Assembly: GCA_001938485.1 (NCBI GenBank)
Contig: MQRK01245240.1
Span: 1 to 64,000, forward strand
Reading direction: 5' to 3'
DNA length: 64,000 bases
From: Girardia tigrina
Taxonomy: Eukaryota
The notes beneath the pieces were generated by a model. It had not been told where the DNA came from. It searched no databases and saw nothing but the letters and a program-made list of their open reading frames with translations. A program made the translations under genes and the position numbers. Within the stretch, counting starts at the first letter, position 1; each line of letters starts with the position of its first letter. This document shows positions 25,266 through 37,855 of this stretch, one piece after another.

Positions 25266-28200
25266 TGTTGGATATTAGATATTTTAATTATTTGAAATAT
25301 TTAATATTTGCTTTTTTGATAAATATTTTGTTTGAATATTATCAATTAAACATTGTTTTGAAAATAAACTTTTCGCGTGTTACAAGCTATNNNNNNNNNN
25401 NNNNNNNNNNNNNNNNNNNNNNNNNNNNNNNNNNNNNNNNNNNNNNNNNNNNNNNNNNNNAGATTTGGCAGAAGAAATTTGAAATGATCATGAAAATCCA
25501 GAAGATTACTGATCCAGCCCCGTATCTCCCCTTTTTACTATCGGGGGTTGCACTGAACATCTATATGGAATCGGACGAGAAGACGCAAAGCAGCTGTGAT
25601 CGGTTCTCAAGATATTAAACAATTCATCCGGCCTGACTAGACGTTCTGCGTACAGTATATTAATAAACTTACAGTATCACGATGGCGAGACTATCGATGA
25701 ATATGCGTCTCAGGTGAAGATGTTAGCAACGAAGATCGACGATCTAACAAAGGCTGCATTCATGGCTGGACTGCCTTNNNNNNNNNNNNNNNNNNNNNNN
25801 NNNNNNNNNNNNNNNNNNNNNNNNNNNNNNNNNNNNNNNNNNNNNNNNNNNNNNNNNNNNNNNNNNNNNNNNNNNNNNNNNNNNNNNNNNNNNNNNNNNN
25901 NNNNNNNNNNNNNNNNNNNNNNNNNNNNNNNNNNNNNNNNNNNNNNNNNNNNNNNNNNNNNNNNNNNNNNNNNNNNNNNNNNNNNNNNNNNNNNNNNNNN
26001 NNNNNNNNNNNNNNNNNNNNNNNNNNNNNNNNNNNNNNNNNNNNNNNNNNNNNNNNNNNNNNNNNNNNNNNNNNNNNNNNNNNNNNNNNNNNNNNNNNNN
26101 NNNNNNNNNNNNNNNNNNNNNNNNNNNNNNNNNNNNNNNNNNNNNNNNNNNNNNNNNNNNNNNNNNNNNNNNNNNNNNNNNNNNNNNNNNNNNNNNNNNN
26201 NNNNNNNNNNNNNNNNNNNNNNNNNNNNNNNNNNNNNNNNNNNNNNNNNNNNNNNNNNNNNNNNNNNNNNNNNNNNNNNNNNNNNNGGAAAGGGTGTTAG
26301 AGTGGGTTTGGGTGAAGTGCAGTTGAATATAAATGGTAGGATCATTAGGGTGGAATGTTCGGTCATGGAACATTTGCCGTATGGTCTAGGGATCTTAATA
26401 GGTATTTTAGTATTTGTTTTAGGTAAATTGGGCGGCGTGAAAATTAATAAGGGTGTTATTGAGTTCGGGGAAGAGGAAATTAAAGGGATAGATAGTAGCT
26501 TGAGTTGTACTGCATTGGATGCGCCTCTTGTTAGTATAAAAAAGCATAATTTTGAAATTGAGTTTAGGGAAAATTGGTCGATTAAATGGAATTGGAAAAG
26601 TGAGGCTCCGAGTCATCTTCCGAATCGTCAATCAGTTTTTAAGGACAACAAATTAAAAAATGTTGCAACGTTGAAAATTTTAGACGGTTGGGTAGAAAAG
26701 GGTTATCTAATCGAGTACAATGAGAAAGAAATGGATAAATCGATAGGATAAATACCGATATTTGGAATATTATAGGCTAATAAATCCAAGATAAGACCCA
26801 TTTTTGATTTTAGAAAATTAAACAATTACGTGGACGTTTATAGTGGTTCTGCGGACATAAGTTTAGAAAAGCTCCGCGATTGGCGACGTAGGGGTTCGAC
26901 TTTTTCAATGCTTGATTTTTCAGAGGCGTACATGCAGATTCATGTTCATAAGGAGATGTGGCGTTACCAATCTTGTATCATTAATAACAAAAAATATGCT
27001 TTAACTAGGATGGGTTTTGGTTTAAACATTGCACCAACTATAATGACGGAAATCGTCAGGTGGATTCTGAACTCTGACACCGGGATGCGTGAAAATACTG
27101 ACTCTTATATTGATGATATTTATGTAAATGAAAGTTTCATTTCTGGTAAAGAAGTAGAAAAAGTGTTTAATAACTTCGGTCTCAAATGTAAGAAACCTGA
27201 AAAACTGCCACAAGCCAACGAAGTTCGAGTTTTAGGAATGAAAGTCTTTAAGGACCAACAAGTAGTGAGATGGAAGAGGGACAATCAGGTAAGGGATGAG
27301 CTGGATGTAGAATCAATTTCACGTCGTGAGTTATATTCGTTATGTGGACAATTAGTAGGAATACATCCGGTAGCTAATTGGCTACGTCCGTCATGTGCAT
27401 ATCTTAAACGACTTAGTTAGGGAAGGTGGGATGAAAAGATAGACGAGGAATTATTCGAGAAGATTAAATGGGTTTTAAAGACAGTGAATTAAAAAGAAGT
27501 AATTGTTTTTTATTGGTTACGAAAGATCTACTCAAGCTGCAGCAACTTCATGATAAGTGTCATTTAGGAGCAAACAGAATGCGATATCTATGTGCGAAGC
27601 AAGGAATATGTGTGTCAAACGCGGATATCAAGGATCTGATTTCAAGATGTCAAGAATGTCAATCCATTGATCCAACACCCGTAAAATGGAAAACCGGTAG
27701 ACTAAGTGTCAACGAAAACTGGACAAGACTTGCTGCGGATGTTACAAAGTACAATCAACAAAAATTTTTAAGTGTAATCGATTGTGGTCCTTCTCGCTTT
27801 GCGATATGGAAATTAATAAAGGCTGAAGACGTCAAGTCAATTGTCTCAGAATTCTCATGTTTGTTCTGTGAACGCGGGTCTCCCAAGGAACTAATTATCG
27901 ATAATTATACCACATTTCATTCGGCAGAATTCAACAAACTGATGGAAAAGTGGAACGTTCAAGTCATGTATCGTGCCATCAATCGATCTAACTGCAACGG
28001 AATAATAGAAAGGAATCATAGAATAATCAAAAGAATTGCGTCCAGATCAAATATCAACATTTTGGAAGCCTTATGGTGGTATAATAACACGCCATCTGAA
28101 GGAAAAGAAACACCAAGCTCGGCGCTATATAGGTATTTGCCCATAGGGTTAGATATAATTGAAAGAAGTGAAAATGAGCCGTTCTGTGGAAATCCAGATT

Positions 28201-28669
28201 ATGTCGAGAATCAATTAGTGTGGGTAAAACCGGAAAACAGTACACCATGTACACAGCAATGGGCCAAGGGTGTTGTCGTGAAAAGAATAGATCAAAGGAA
28301 ATATCTAGTAAATTGTAACGAATTTTGTAGTCCAAGACATATCGCAAACATTCGACCTAGACAGCCTGACTTGGTTGAAAATTCCAAGTCATACTATATG
28401 AATATGGAGGAAACTGCATCACTACCAAACAATCAAACACAAGAGGAACAATCATTGAACAGTCGGCCTAGTNNNNNNNNNNNNNNNNNNNNNNNNNNNN
28501 NNNNNNNNNNNNNNNNNNNNNNNNNNNNNNNNNNNNNNNNNNNNNNGGAGTGTTGGATATTAGATATTTTAATTATTTGAAATATTTAATATTTGCTTTT
28601 TTGATAAATATTTTGTTTGAATATTATCAATTAAACATTGTTTTGAAAATAAACTTTTCGCGTGTTACA
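25266..28669 (+). mobile_element. Gypsy LTR retrotransposon with identical 119-bp LTRs (25266-25384, 28551-28669)
   Basis: TG..CA, TSD ATTTA; gag, protease, RT (LDFSEAY, MGFG, YIDD), integrase (HHCC, DDE). Contains stops and lacks RNase H. Confidence 0.95.
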
Positions 28670-28743
28670 ATTTATTTGTCTAAAACTTACTATAATGTTT
28701 CTTTTGTTAATTATTTGCAGATGTCAAAACGTGATTTTCACAA

Positions 28744-29183
28744 TGTGAGGAATATTTTTAATATTTGATGTTTTGTGTTTGAATGTTGTTTGTTGATTTG
28801 GAAATGTGTCTCTCTTACTCAGATGGCTGATTAATATTTGAATTCTTATTATCTAAAATATTTTATGTTTAAATTTCTTTCTAATCTAAAATAATTGTAA
28901 ATTTTTAAATAAGTTAATTAATTTTATTTACAATTTTTATATAAATAAATCTAATTAAAATTTTTTAATTAATAAATAATCATTTTTATTTTTAACCAAA
29001 AGATTTTGAGTAAAAATTTTAACAAATTTGTTATTTCTCCATTTGCTTAAAATAATAGGATTAAAGTCAATAATCAATTAGTTAGAATACAATCATACGA
29101 AAGCTTTGCCAAAGATTGCCTTGAGGACAATCAAACTTGTTATGTTAATAAAAATAGGAAACGTCAAATTGGTGTTGTTAATA
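28744..29183 (+). mobile_element. Solo LTR, family 1
   Basis: TGTGAGG...GTTGTTAATA, TSD CACAA; removal restores the mariner frame. Confidence 0.92.
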
Positions 29184-30168
29184 CACAACATTTATTTCTA
29201 TGAGCTCAAGCTAGGGCGTAATGCTTTCTCAAACTGTTCGGAACATCAAAAAAGTTAGAGGCAAGGGAATTAGCGCTGGTATCGAAAGTTTCGCTCTGGC
29301 AATACCAGCCTGTAAGATAAGCCTCATGGCAGCCGGCCATCAACGATTGACAATGACAAATTGAAGGAGCTGATGGAAGCTGATCCACGCAAAACTGTTC
29401 GAGGTCTTGCAGAAGAGCTTAACGTTGATTTCTTGACCGTTGCTTGATATTTGAAGCAAATTAGAAAGTCGAAAAGCTTGATAAATTGGTGCTTCATGGA
29501 TTGAACGAAAGTCAAGAAAATTGTCTTCTGCGCAACAAGAACAAAATGTTTCTCGATCCTATTTTGACGTGTGATGAGAAGTGAATTCTCTGTGACAATC
29601 GGCGACGTTAGACACAATGGTTGGATCGCGATGAGGCTCTGCAACACTTTCCAAAACCGAAACTCCACCAAAAGAAGGTTATGATGACTGTTTAGTGGTC
29701 TGCAGCCAGTCTCATTCATACGGCTGAAACGATCACCGCAGAGAAGTACTGCCAACAAACTGATAAAATGCATAACGAGCTCCGAATTATGTACCTGAGA
29801 TTAGTCAATATATAGGGGCCAATTCTCCATTACGGCATCGCCCAGCTACACATCGCAAAACCGAGCTAAACGAATTTGGCTACGAAACTCTGCCTCATCC
29901 ACCCTTCTCACCGGACCTCTCGCCCATCAATTACCATTTTTTTAAGCATCTGGAAAACTTCCTCTAGAAAAAATGCTTCAAAAACGCTAAAAGACGCAAA
30001 AGACGCCTTTGACATTTTCATCGCACCCAGAATTCAGACGTTCTACACTAGAGGCATCAATAAACGTGTTGCTTGTTGGAAAAATGTGTTTATTATGATG
30101 GTTTCTTTTCGATTAATAAAGTTTATTCTGAGCTGAATTACATTTGCTTAACATTTCGGTTCAAAACC

Positions 30169-31239
30169 TGTTGTATCTCAGATGAAGATGAGATATATTT
30201 ATTCGTTTTGTGTTTATTTGATTTCATATTGAAGTGCAGTTTCTTTCTCTAAAAAAGACCGGTCTCAACCGTCCCACAGGTCAAGGGAACATTGTTCAAT
30301 GAATCGTCGCTGTGCTTCGTCACAATCTGTTTCTTCGACGCACTCGTACTGCAAGAATTGCTAGAGCGATTAATCGGATCGAATTGATTAGTCAAAAATA
30401 GATTGATTTGATTTCATTGAATTTTGATTTCCCGGGAACAATTTTCCCATTGACACTCTCGGTTTTGGAATAATCCTCAAACGAATTATTGATGACGCGC
30501 ATCCACAAATCGGAATGTTTAGAATTTCTCACGACAAATTCTTTATATTTTTTCAAAATAATGTTACAAGTTTTTTCAATATACGACACAAATTCATCGA
30601 TTGATAAATCTCTCAGCTCTTGAATATCTCGATTAATCAAATGTTCTTTGGTTTCCGAGTCATTGACTAATTTTATCGCTCTGTCTGGTTGAGAGGTTAA
30701 TCTGCATAAGCACCACATTTGTTGACACTGGCAAATATCATTTTCAATGGTCATTGATCTATCAGGAAGAGAAACATCGATAAAAATAGGAGGCTTCAGG
30801 TGACATTTTAAACTTTTTTTCCGAAAAGAATCTTTAGAAGCAGTCAAAATAGCTTGTATGTTTGGTGCACATTTTTAGGTAGCCAAGATATTTTAAATAT
30901 TTCATTATTCAGACTGGATGAAGCAATCCATTAAATGTCTTCTATAAACAAAATCAGTGATTTTCCTTGTTGAACTGTCGAGTGTGATCTTAAAAAATCA
31001 ATTACCAATGAGACCATCTATGTAGTTGAGGAAGGTAGTTGGTTTAATCACAATGTTATATAGATATATTTTTTTAATTTAATTTACTTTAATTACTTTA
31101 TTTTTTAATTTATATTTTTACTTTATTCAATTTTAATATTTTCATTTAATATATTCATTTAATATATTTAATATATTCATTTAATATTTTAATTTAAATT
31201 GGGCTCAATTAAGTGCCAAAGACAATCACAGCGCGAACA
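30169..31239 (-). mobile_element. Cargo-bearing LTR-like element B
   Basis: Plus strand TGTTGTATCTC...GCGCGAACA, TSD AAACC (30164-30168 / 31240-31244); splits the right end of the mariner. Confidence 0.88.
30180..31040 (-). pseudogene. Unidentified host-gene fragment, possibly AAA+ ATPase-related
   Basis: About 270 codons over broken frames; SLILFIEDI is Walker-B-like; no introns seen. Confidence 0.45.
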
Positions 31240-31689
31240 AAACCTGCATTGCTTTTGCAACAACCTAATATTATGAAATAAAATTATTTAGAGAATAAAT
31301 ATTATTTTAAAGTTTAAAATTAAAATAAGTTCGTTATAAAATATTACTACCTCTGTTTGAAAAAAAAATCCATTTCATTCAAAAATTTGTTCGAAAATTA
31401 GAGTATCATTTCAATGTTACTGTGATTTTCGAGACCACCTATTTGTAAATAACTGTTTAAAAAATGTTTAGTGTTGGTTTTTATGAATTAATTGTATTAT
31501 AAATATCATTATTATTATTATTTTCAGTAAAATCATTAAACGATTCCGAAAAAGTGGATTTATTAAAAAACATTGCTGAAAGTAAGTTTCCCTTTTTCAT
31601 AATAAACCATAATCAAAATTGAAATTATATATTTTATAAATTAACATAACTATATCAACCTACTTCATCAACTAGAAATTTGCTAATTA

Positions 31690-33385
31690 ACGGATATCGC
31701 CAAATAGTATCACTGATACTATTTAAATAGTATCACTAAAATTTTTTTTAAGTTGGTGATACTATTTGGTGCTTTCAATTCTCATTAACAAAAATATCAA
31801 AATACGAATAAAAAAAACAAATATCAATAATTCTTTATTCATTAGCGACATCCAAACATTCTACATCATCATTATCATCTAAACAGTCTACATCCTGATC
31901 ATCTACATCTTCTCCGGAAATAGACTCGTAGGGAAATTGTTCAATCTGGTTTGAAACAGCCCAAGCCTCGCAAAACTTTCTACGATACACATCATGCTTT
32001 GCTATATGCCAATCGTCAGGGTTCGAACTAAATCCTGATGATATTATTGAGTTTTCTATGATTTCGGTTTCCTATTCATTCAAAGATTCTCCGACCCATG
32101 AATTAACCAATTCCTTCGATGGTGGTTTTGGATTACCATTTTTTTGGTATAAACAACAGAATCAGAGTTCTTCCACTCAGTAATACGAAAATATATAAAA
32201 TCTTTCAAGGAACGAAAAATTACTATATCTCCTGCTTGTAGATAAGGTGTCAATCCCCCTGGAATCACGATCATTTAAAAATTTCTCTTGATACAATGTT
32301 CTTTTACTTGTAGGCCTAAATAAACTCGACACGAATCCCAAATAATATACTTACCGTTACTTAAATCAATCAAAGGAAACATATAGTCGATCCACTTCAT
32401 AATTAATTCTTTTTTAACCCATGATTTTGATTGAGTAGTATGCAAGATACGATTTTGTTTACAAATAGGACTTCCATCCATTCCTTTATGTATTACCAAA
32501 GGCATTGCCCTCCTACCATCTGCCCAAATAGAAATCAGTGCTGTTATTCTCATTCAACTATAACTAGTTGATTTCATTACTACATGGCGTGCTACGAGTA
32601 AATCTACAGTATTTGTTCTGGCATCCTCAAAATATACTGCAGTTTCATCCATCATTAAAGTCTTTTAATATTTAAATAAGAAAGACGATTTTTTAAATAT
32701 TTCATATAATTAACAGCCAGTAAAATTGTGTCATAATCTGATAATGTTGTTGAATTGGTAGTTCGTCTAAGTGTAAAGTCATTTCTCTTCATAAACCCTG
32801 TTATCCAATTTCCAGTAGCCTTTAATTTAATATTAAATTCTTTACTCAATGCTACTGCCCTATCAGAAATATACTTCCGACTAACTTTCATTTTTCGTAT
32901 TCTAAGATCTATTATCTCATCGCAAATAATTTGTTCTATAAGTTCCCAAACTGGTTTTCTTTCCTGCTCCCAACGCTCTTTTCATTGATGGTTTTTGATT
33001 AGCAAGTTTGTCTATGTTTCTAAACCACTGTTGAAACATGGAATGATCATATATTTCCTCGTTTTTAACTTCGAAATGCTGTTTTGCAGCCTAACACGTT
33101 TTGCCTTGCAACATAAACTCGATTACTTTTTTTTGAAAGCGATTGTAAACGATCGTTTGGCCATAGGAATTTTTAAAATGGAATATTTATTAATATTAAA
33201 ACAATTTAATTAAATGATTTTAAAAATTAATGATTTTTTTATAAAGTGATTTTTAAAAACTTAAATAATGATACTAATAGGGTCGTGATACTATTTAAAT
33301 AGTATCACTAAAAATTTTTTAAATTGGTGATATTATTTGGGTCGTGATACTATATGGGTTGGTGATAGTAATTGGTGATATCCGT
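31690..33385 (-). mobile_element. pogo-like DNA transposon, degenerate
   Basis: TIR ACGGATATC, TA TSD; CENP-B HTH, MDETAV, WDSCR, IPGGLTPYLQAGD. Confidence 0.92.
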
Positions 33386-33754
33386 TATATTCACTTTTAT
33401 AAAACCAAAATCTTTATATTCAAAAGAAGATATAAATCACAGATGTTTTTATCAAATTAAAAGTTAAGCTTATTTTTATAGAAAACCTTTTTATGTTTTA
33501 TTAAATTAGAAATATAAAGATAACATTTTCAAGAAAAATTTACAATGTAAATATATTTATATGAATAATTTTGTGCATTTGTAACAAGATTTATTGAAAA
33601 AGAAATATTTACCTGAAAAGATCTTAATATAATAATTATATTAATAATAATAATAGTGCAGAAGAATGCCACAATTACCTTAGTGACAATGTTTAAATGG
33701 AATCAAGGACTTTTATACGAAGGAAAATTTACAATACATTAAAAGAGACAAGTC

Positions 33755-33798
<44 letters not shown>

Positions 33799-33876
33799 TA
33801 ATTAAAACTAATAAGTAAGCCAATTAAGAATTATATAAATATTTAAAAAATGACGACAAGTTATTTTTCATTTTTT

Positions 33877-34285
33877 TGTGAGGAATGTTTTGAATTATTT
33901 GTTGATATTTTGCATTTTGTGTGTTGATTCGGATTGTGTCTCTCCTGCACAGATGTATGATTGATATTTTCTTTGATTCCTACTAATTAAAAATAATTTA
34001 TTTTAATATTATAGTAAAAAGATTTAAAATAATTTTTGAATGTAAAATTTATTTTTTTTATGTAATTTAAAATTTTAATATATTATTTTAAAATGTACTT
34101 TTTTAAAAAATGTTTAGATTTAATTTTAACCAATTAGAATCTTTATAATTAATAATATTTAATAAATGTTTTTCATTTATTGAAAAAAATAAGTATAAAT
34201 TTAGAAATATATTAATCAAGAAAAATGTCAAATAGTGAAGGCACTTGTGATGTTAATAAATGTTTAAAAACTAATGTTGTTAATA
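33877..34285 (+). mobile_element. LTR, family 1 (no matching TSD)
   Basis: TGTGAGG...GTTGTTAATA. Confidence 0.8.
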
Positions 34286-34329
34286 CTATTGAAATTAAAA
34301 AAAATCTATTTTATTTAAAAAGAAAAAGT

Positions 34330-34930
34330 CATACACTAAAAATAATCAAAACGAGTTCGTATCTCAACAAAATTTCCTCTCAAGAAGATGTGAATCGCAA
34401 AAAAATTATCTGCTTTGAATGTGCAACGTTTTTCACTAAGTTCGAATCGCATTTCCATAATCACTAAAGTTATTTCAATTAACTGAAATCCGTTTATTTC
34501 GACTCGAATCTTAGTTTCTAATCGATTTCCAAAGACATCAGTTCGACGAATATTGCCACTCTACGAACATTTGCAACTTGTGTAACGTCTTCAAAGAAAT
34601 GAACAGCCTAAAATCGATCGTGAAAAATTTAATTGATTGTCACTTCACCAAACTCTTTTGTCCGATGTGCTGCAAGTAATTCACCGACAAATCTCATACG
34701 ATTGATCACATCGAGTCGAATTCTTAGACGATTTACCTCTGCAGATTCAAAAATTGTTGCATGAAAGCCACAGATTCTTTCGTTAGTAAATCCAATATTA
34801 TAACAGGCTTTTGCGCCGGCCACGCTCGATTCACAAATTCCCGAAAAGACAATTTTGCTAGAGACTGTCAAATGGGGCGCATTATTATGCACTTGACTGC
34901 GCTCGAGCTCAATTACCGGAGATAATAACA
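34330..34930 (-). pseudogene. Unidentified host-gene fragment fused behind a family-1 LTR 5' part (36560 to ~34930, split by a mariner)
   Basis: Coding-like frame containing INRMRFVGELL (weakly MIF4G-like); LTR similarity stops near 34930. Confidence 0.45.
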
Positions 34931-35078
34931 TTAAAAATCTACACACTGGAGATTTAACATTAGAATACAATTTTGGGCTGTAATAATTTTAAATTATTTT
35001 CAAAAATATTTTTTATTCATTTTAAATATATTATTTATAATTAAATAAGTCTTTACGTTATAATTAGCTATTAAAATA

Positions 35079-36339
35079 TTAGGTTGGGAAAAAATAATCC
35101 ATTATTTTAATCCATTATTTTAATTCATTATTTATCGATCAAAGAATTTCAAATTTATGCTCTTTGTCAAGGCAACATTGCACAGTAATTTCACAAAACA
35201 ATTTTTGCTTTTTATTCAGTTCTTACAGGGTGTTAAAAATGGAAGTCAACAAAGAAATAATTCTGTACATTTTACAGTTTGTATTCAATAAAGGCGAAAA
35301 TGCAAGCCAGGCGGCTGTTATTGTGAATGGTGTTTACGGGGCCAATACTGTAACAGCTAATTACACGCAATTTTGGTTTCGTCGATTCCGTGGAAGCATT
35401 TTTGATGTTAAAGATGCATCTCGCACAGGCAGGCCTATCGTTGAAAATGTCGATAAAATCTCGGTAATGATTGAAATTGACCGGCAAGTTAGTAGTCGCA
35501 GCATCGCACAGGAGCTGAAGATTGACCACAAAACAATTTTAAACAATTTTGGCAAAGCAGGATTCAAAAAGAAACTTGATGTTTGGGTTCCACACTAATT
35601 AACACCAAAAAACATGATGGATCGAATTTCCATCTGCGAAGCCTTGGCCAAACAAAATGAAATCGACCCATTTCTTAAACGAATGGTTACTAGGGATGAG
35701 AAATGGGTCACATACGACAATATTGTACGAAAAAGATTGTGGTCAAAGCACGATGAAGCACCTCAAACGGTCGCCAAACCAGGACTAACGGCCAGGAAGG
35801 TTCTACTGTGTATTTGGTGGGACTGGAAAGGAATCATTTATTATGAGTTGCTTCCGTATCGCCAAACATTAAATTCAGATCTGTACTGTCAACAACTGGA
35901 CCGTTTAAGATAGCAATTGATGAGAAACGACCAAAATTGGCCACCAGAAGAGATGTTGTGTTCCATTACGACAACGCCTGACCACATACGTCTGTTGGAC
36001 TCGTCAGAAACTCAAGGAGCTTTGTTGGGAAGTTTTAATGCATCCACCATATAATCCGGACCTGGCAGCAAGCGATTACCACCTTTTTCTCGCATTCCAA
36101 AATTTCCTGAGTGATAAGAAATTGGGATCAATAAAAGATTGTGAAAATCGATTACTACAGTTTTTCGCGAATAAGGACCAAGACTTCTACGAGAGAGGCA
36201 TTATTAAGCTACCTTCAAAATGGCAAATTATTATAAAACAAATCGATGCATATTTGACTCCAAGAGGACAATCCGATACATGTTAAATAAAGTTTTGAAT
36301 TTCACGCCAAAATAATGGATTTCTTTTTCCCAAACCTAA
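35079..36339 (+). mobile_element. Mariner element, full length, inactivated
   Basis: TIRs TTAGGTT.GG, TA TSD; WVPH, TRDEKW, YNPDLAASDY. Confidence 0.95.
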
Positions 36340-36668
36340 TACCTTAAATCACTTTAAAATAGATTTAAAATATTTTGATTAAAATATTATTATATATTTA
36401 TTGATTAAAATATATTAATTTTGAAGATATTATTTCCATTTTTAAATTGTCCAAATAATCCGACCTTTCAAAACATTCAAAATATCAATTTTCCATGCGG
36501 TTGGAAGAAACACGATCCAAAAACAACATACAAGAAACACCATTCAGAATATTCCTCACAATAACAATGCGCAGTAGACGAAAATATTTCCATTAATTTA
36601 TAAAACTTTATATACTTTTTATTATTAATATTTTTATTAATACTTTTATATCACCTTAATTATTTTAG

Positions 36669-36871
36669 ACGTAAATGATGGACAGTCTTTTATTGAACCA
36701 AAAGGTAATGTTCACCTTCATTATTTATATTTTCTAAATAGTATAATTTATTTAGTTATTAATCCGGTCAATGCTCTACCTGGTTTAATTTACTTAATTA
36801 AAAAACTATTAATTTATACTTATATTTCGTATCGATAATTTCAGTTTATCCAATATTTGACCCTCTTAACG
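36669..36871 (+). CDS. Run of phase-1 micro-exons (36669-36704, 36756-36782, 36845-36871)
   Basis: AG/GT-bounded 36, 27 and 27 nt exons with 51 and 62 nt introns; open peptide VNDGQSFIEPKVINPVNALPVYPIFDPLN. Confidence 0.55.
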
Positions 36872-37376
36872 GTTAGTTAAAATTTTATTTCAAATTTTGA
36901 AAACTCTAATTATTTATTTTAAATGAATGATTTACCAAATTGTATTTGAAAATAAATATATACAAGTTGTACTCATCTTCCAGTGTCAGAAGTCAAAGAA
37001 ACATTCCAGTTAAAAAATTCTTTTTGTCAACTTCTTCCTGTAACTTCTTTCATTAAAACTTTTAGTGGCCGTCTTGTAGCCTTATCCGGCCCTGACCGAA
37101 TAACAAGTTTTTATTTTACTATTTAGATTTGATAAGCGTCAAATATTTAATTAATTTGCAGTGAGTAAATTAATTAGAGATAGATAATTCGGATTTTGAA
37201 TGACGATAACTAATCCATGTCCACCTTGTATACCCTTATAAGGGAATATTTGTTATTAAACTCTCAAATAAAAAGGTTTCCAAGAACAAAATATATATGC
37301 AATGTTTAATTGAGTGTTGTGATATATAGAATTAAGAAAAAGCCTTTTTAAATCCATGGGCTCAGTGAATGATTTG

Positions 37377-37775
37377 TGTGAGGATTTCGGAAGTCTCTTT
37401 TAAATTTTTGAATTAAAGATACAAAAACATTTTAAATTAATAATAAATTATAAAAGTAGAAAATAGAAATGTAATGTAAAATACGTGAAGACGATTAAAT
37501 TTAAATATTAATATTATTTAAAAACAAATTTTTAGATAAAATTTTAAATAATGAAACTTGTAATTAATTAGATTTAAAACTTTGACGAATTAAATTTAAA
37601 ATAATAAAATTATAAAATAAAATAGATTTAAGAAGAATTAAATTAGATCTGAAAAAAGTTTATCAGAATTTATTAAACTTTAAAAAGTAAATACAAAATG
37701 AAATAAATAAATATAATAAATATAAAATTTTAACGAAGTTTAATAAAATATTTATTCAAAATAAAATACAATCTT
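37377..37775 (+). mobile_element. LTR, family 3, truncated
   Basis: TGTGAGGATTTCGG; collinear with the reverse complement of ~57790-58197. Confidence 0.75.
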
Positions 37776-37855
37776 TAATATATATATATATATATATNNN
37801 NNNNNNNNNNNNNNNNNNNNNNNNNNNNNNNNNNNNNNNNNNNNNNNATATATAT

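Larger units (their letters stand above)
25143..31268 (+). mobile_element. Degenerate mariner carrying three nested insertions
   Basis: TIRs ~GTTGTTGCAAAA / TTTTGCAACAACCTAA flanked by TA. MSKRDFHN|IYFYELKLG is restored across the solo LTR; TCDEK and SPDLSP motifs present. Confidence 0.85.
24841..31343 (+). mobile_element. Family-1 solo LTR split by a mariner (24841-25142 plus ~31271-31343)
   Basis: TGTGACG start and family motif; flanks TTACA/TTACT. Confidence 0.55.
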
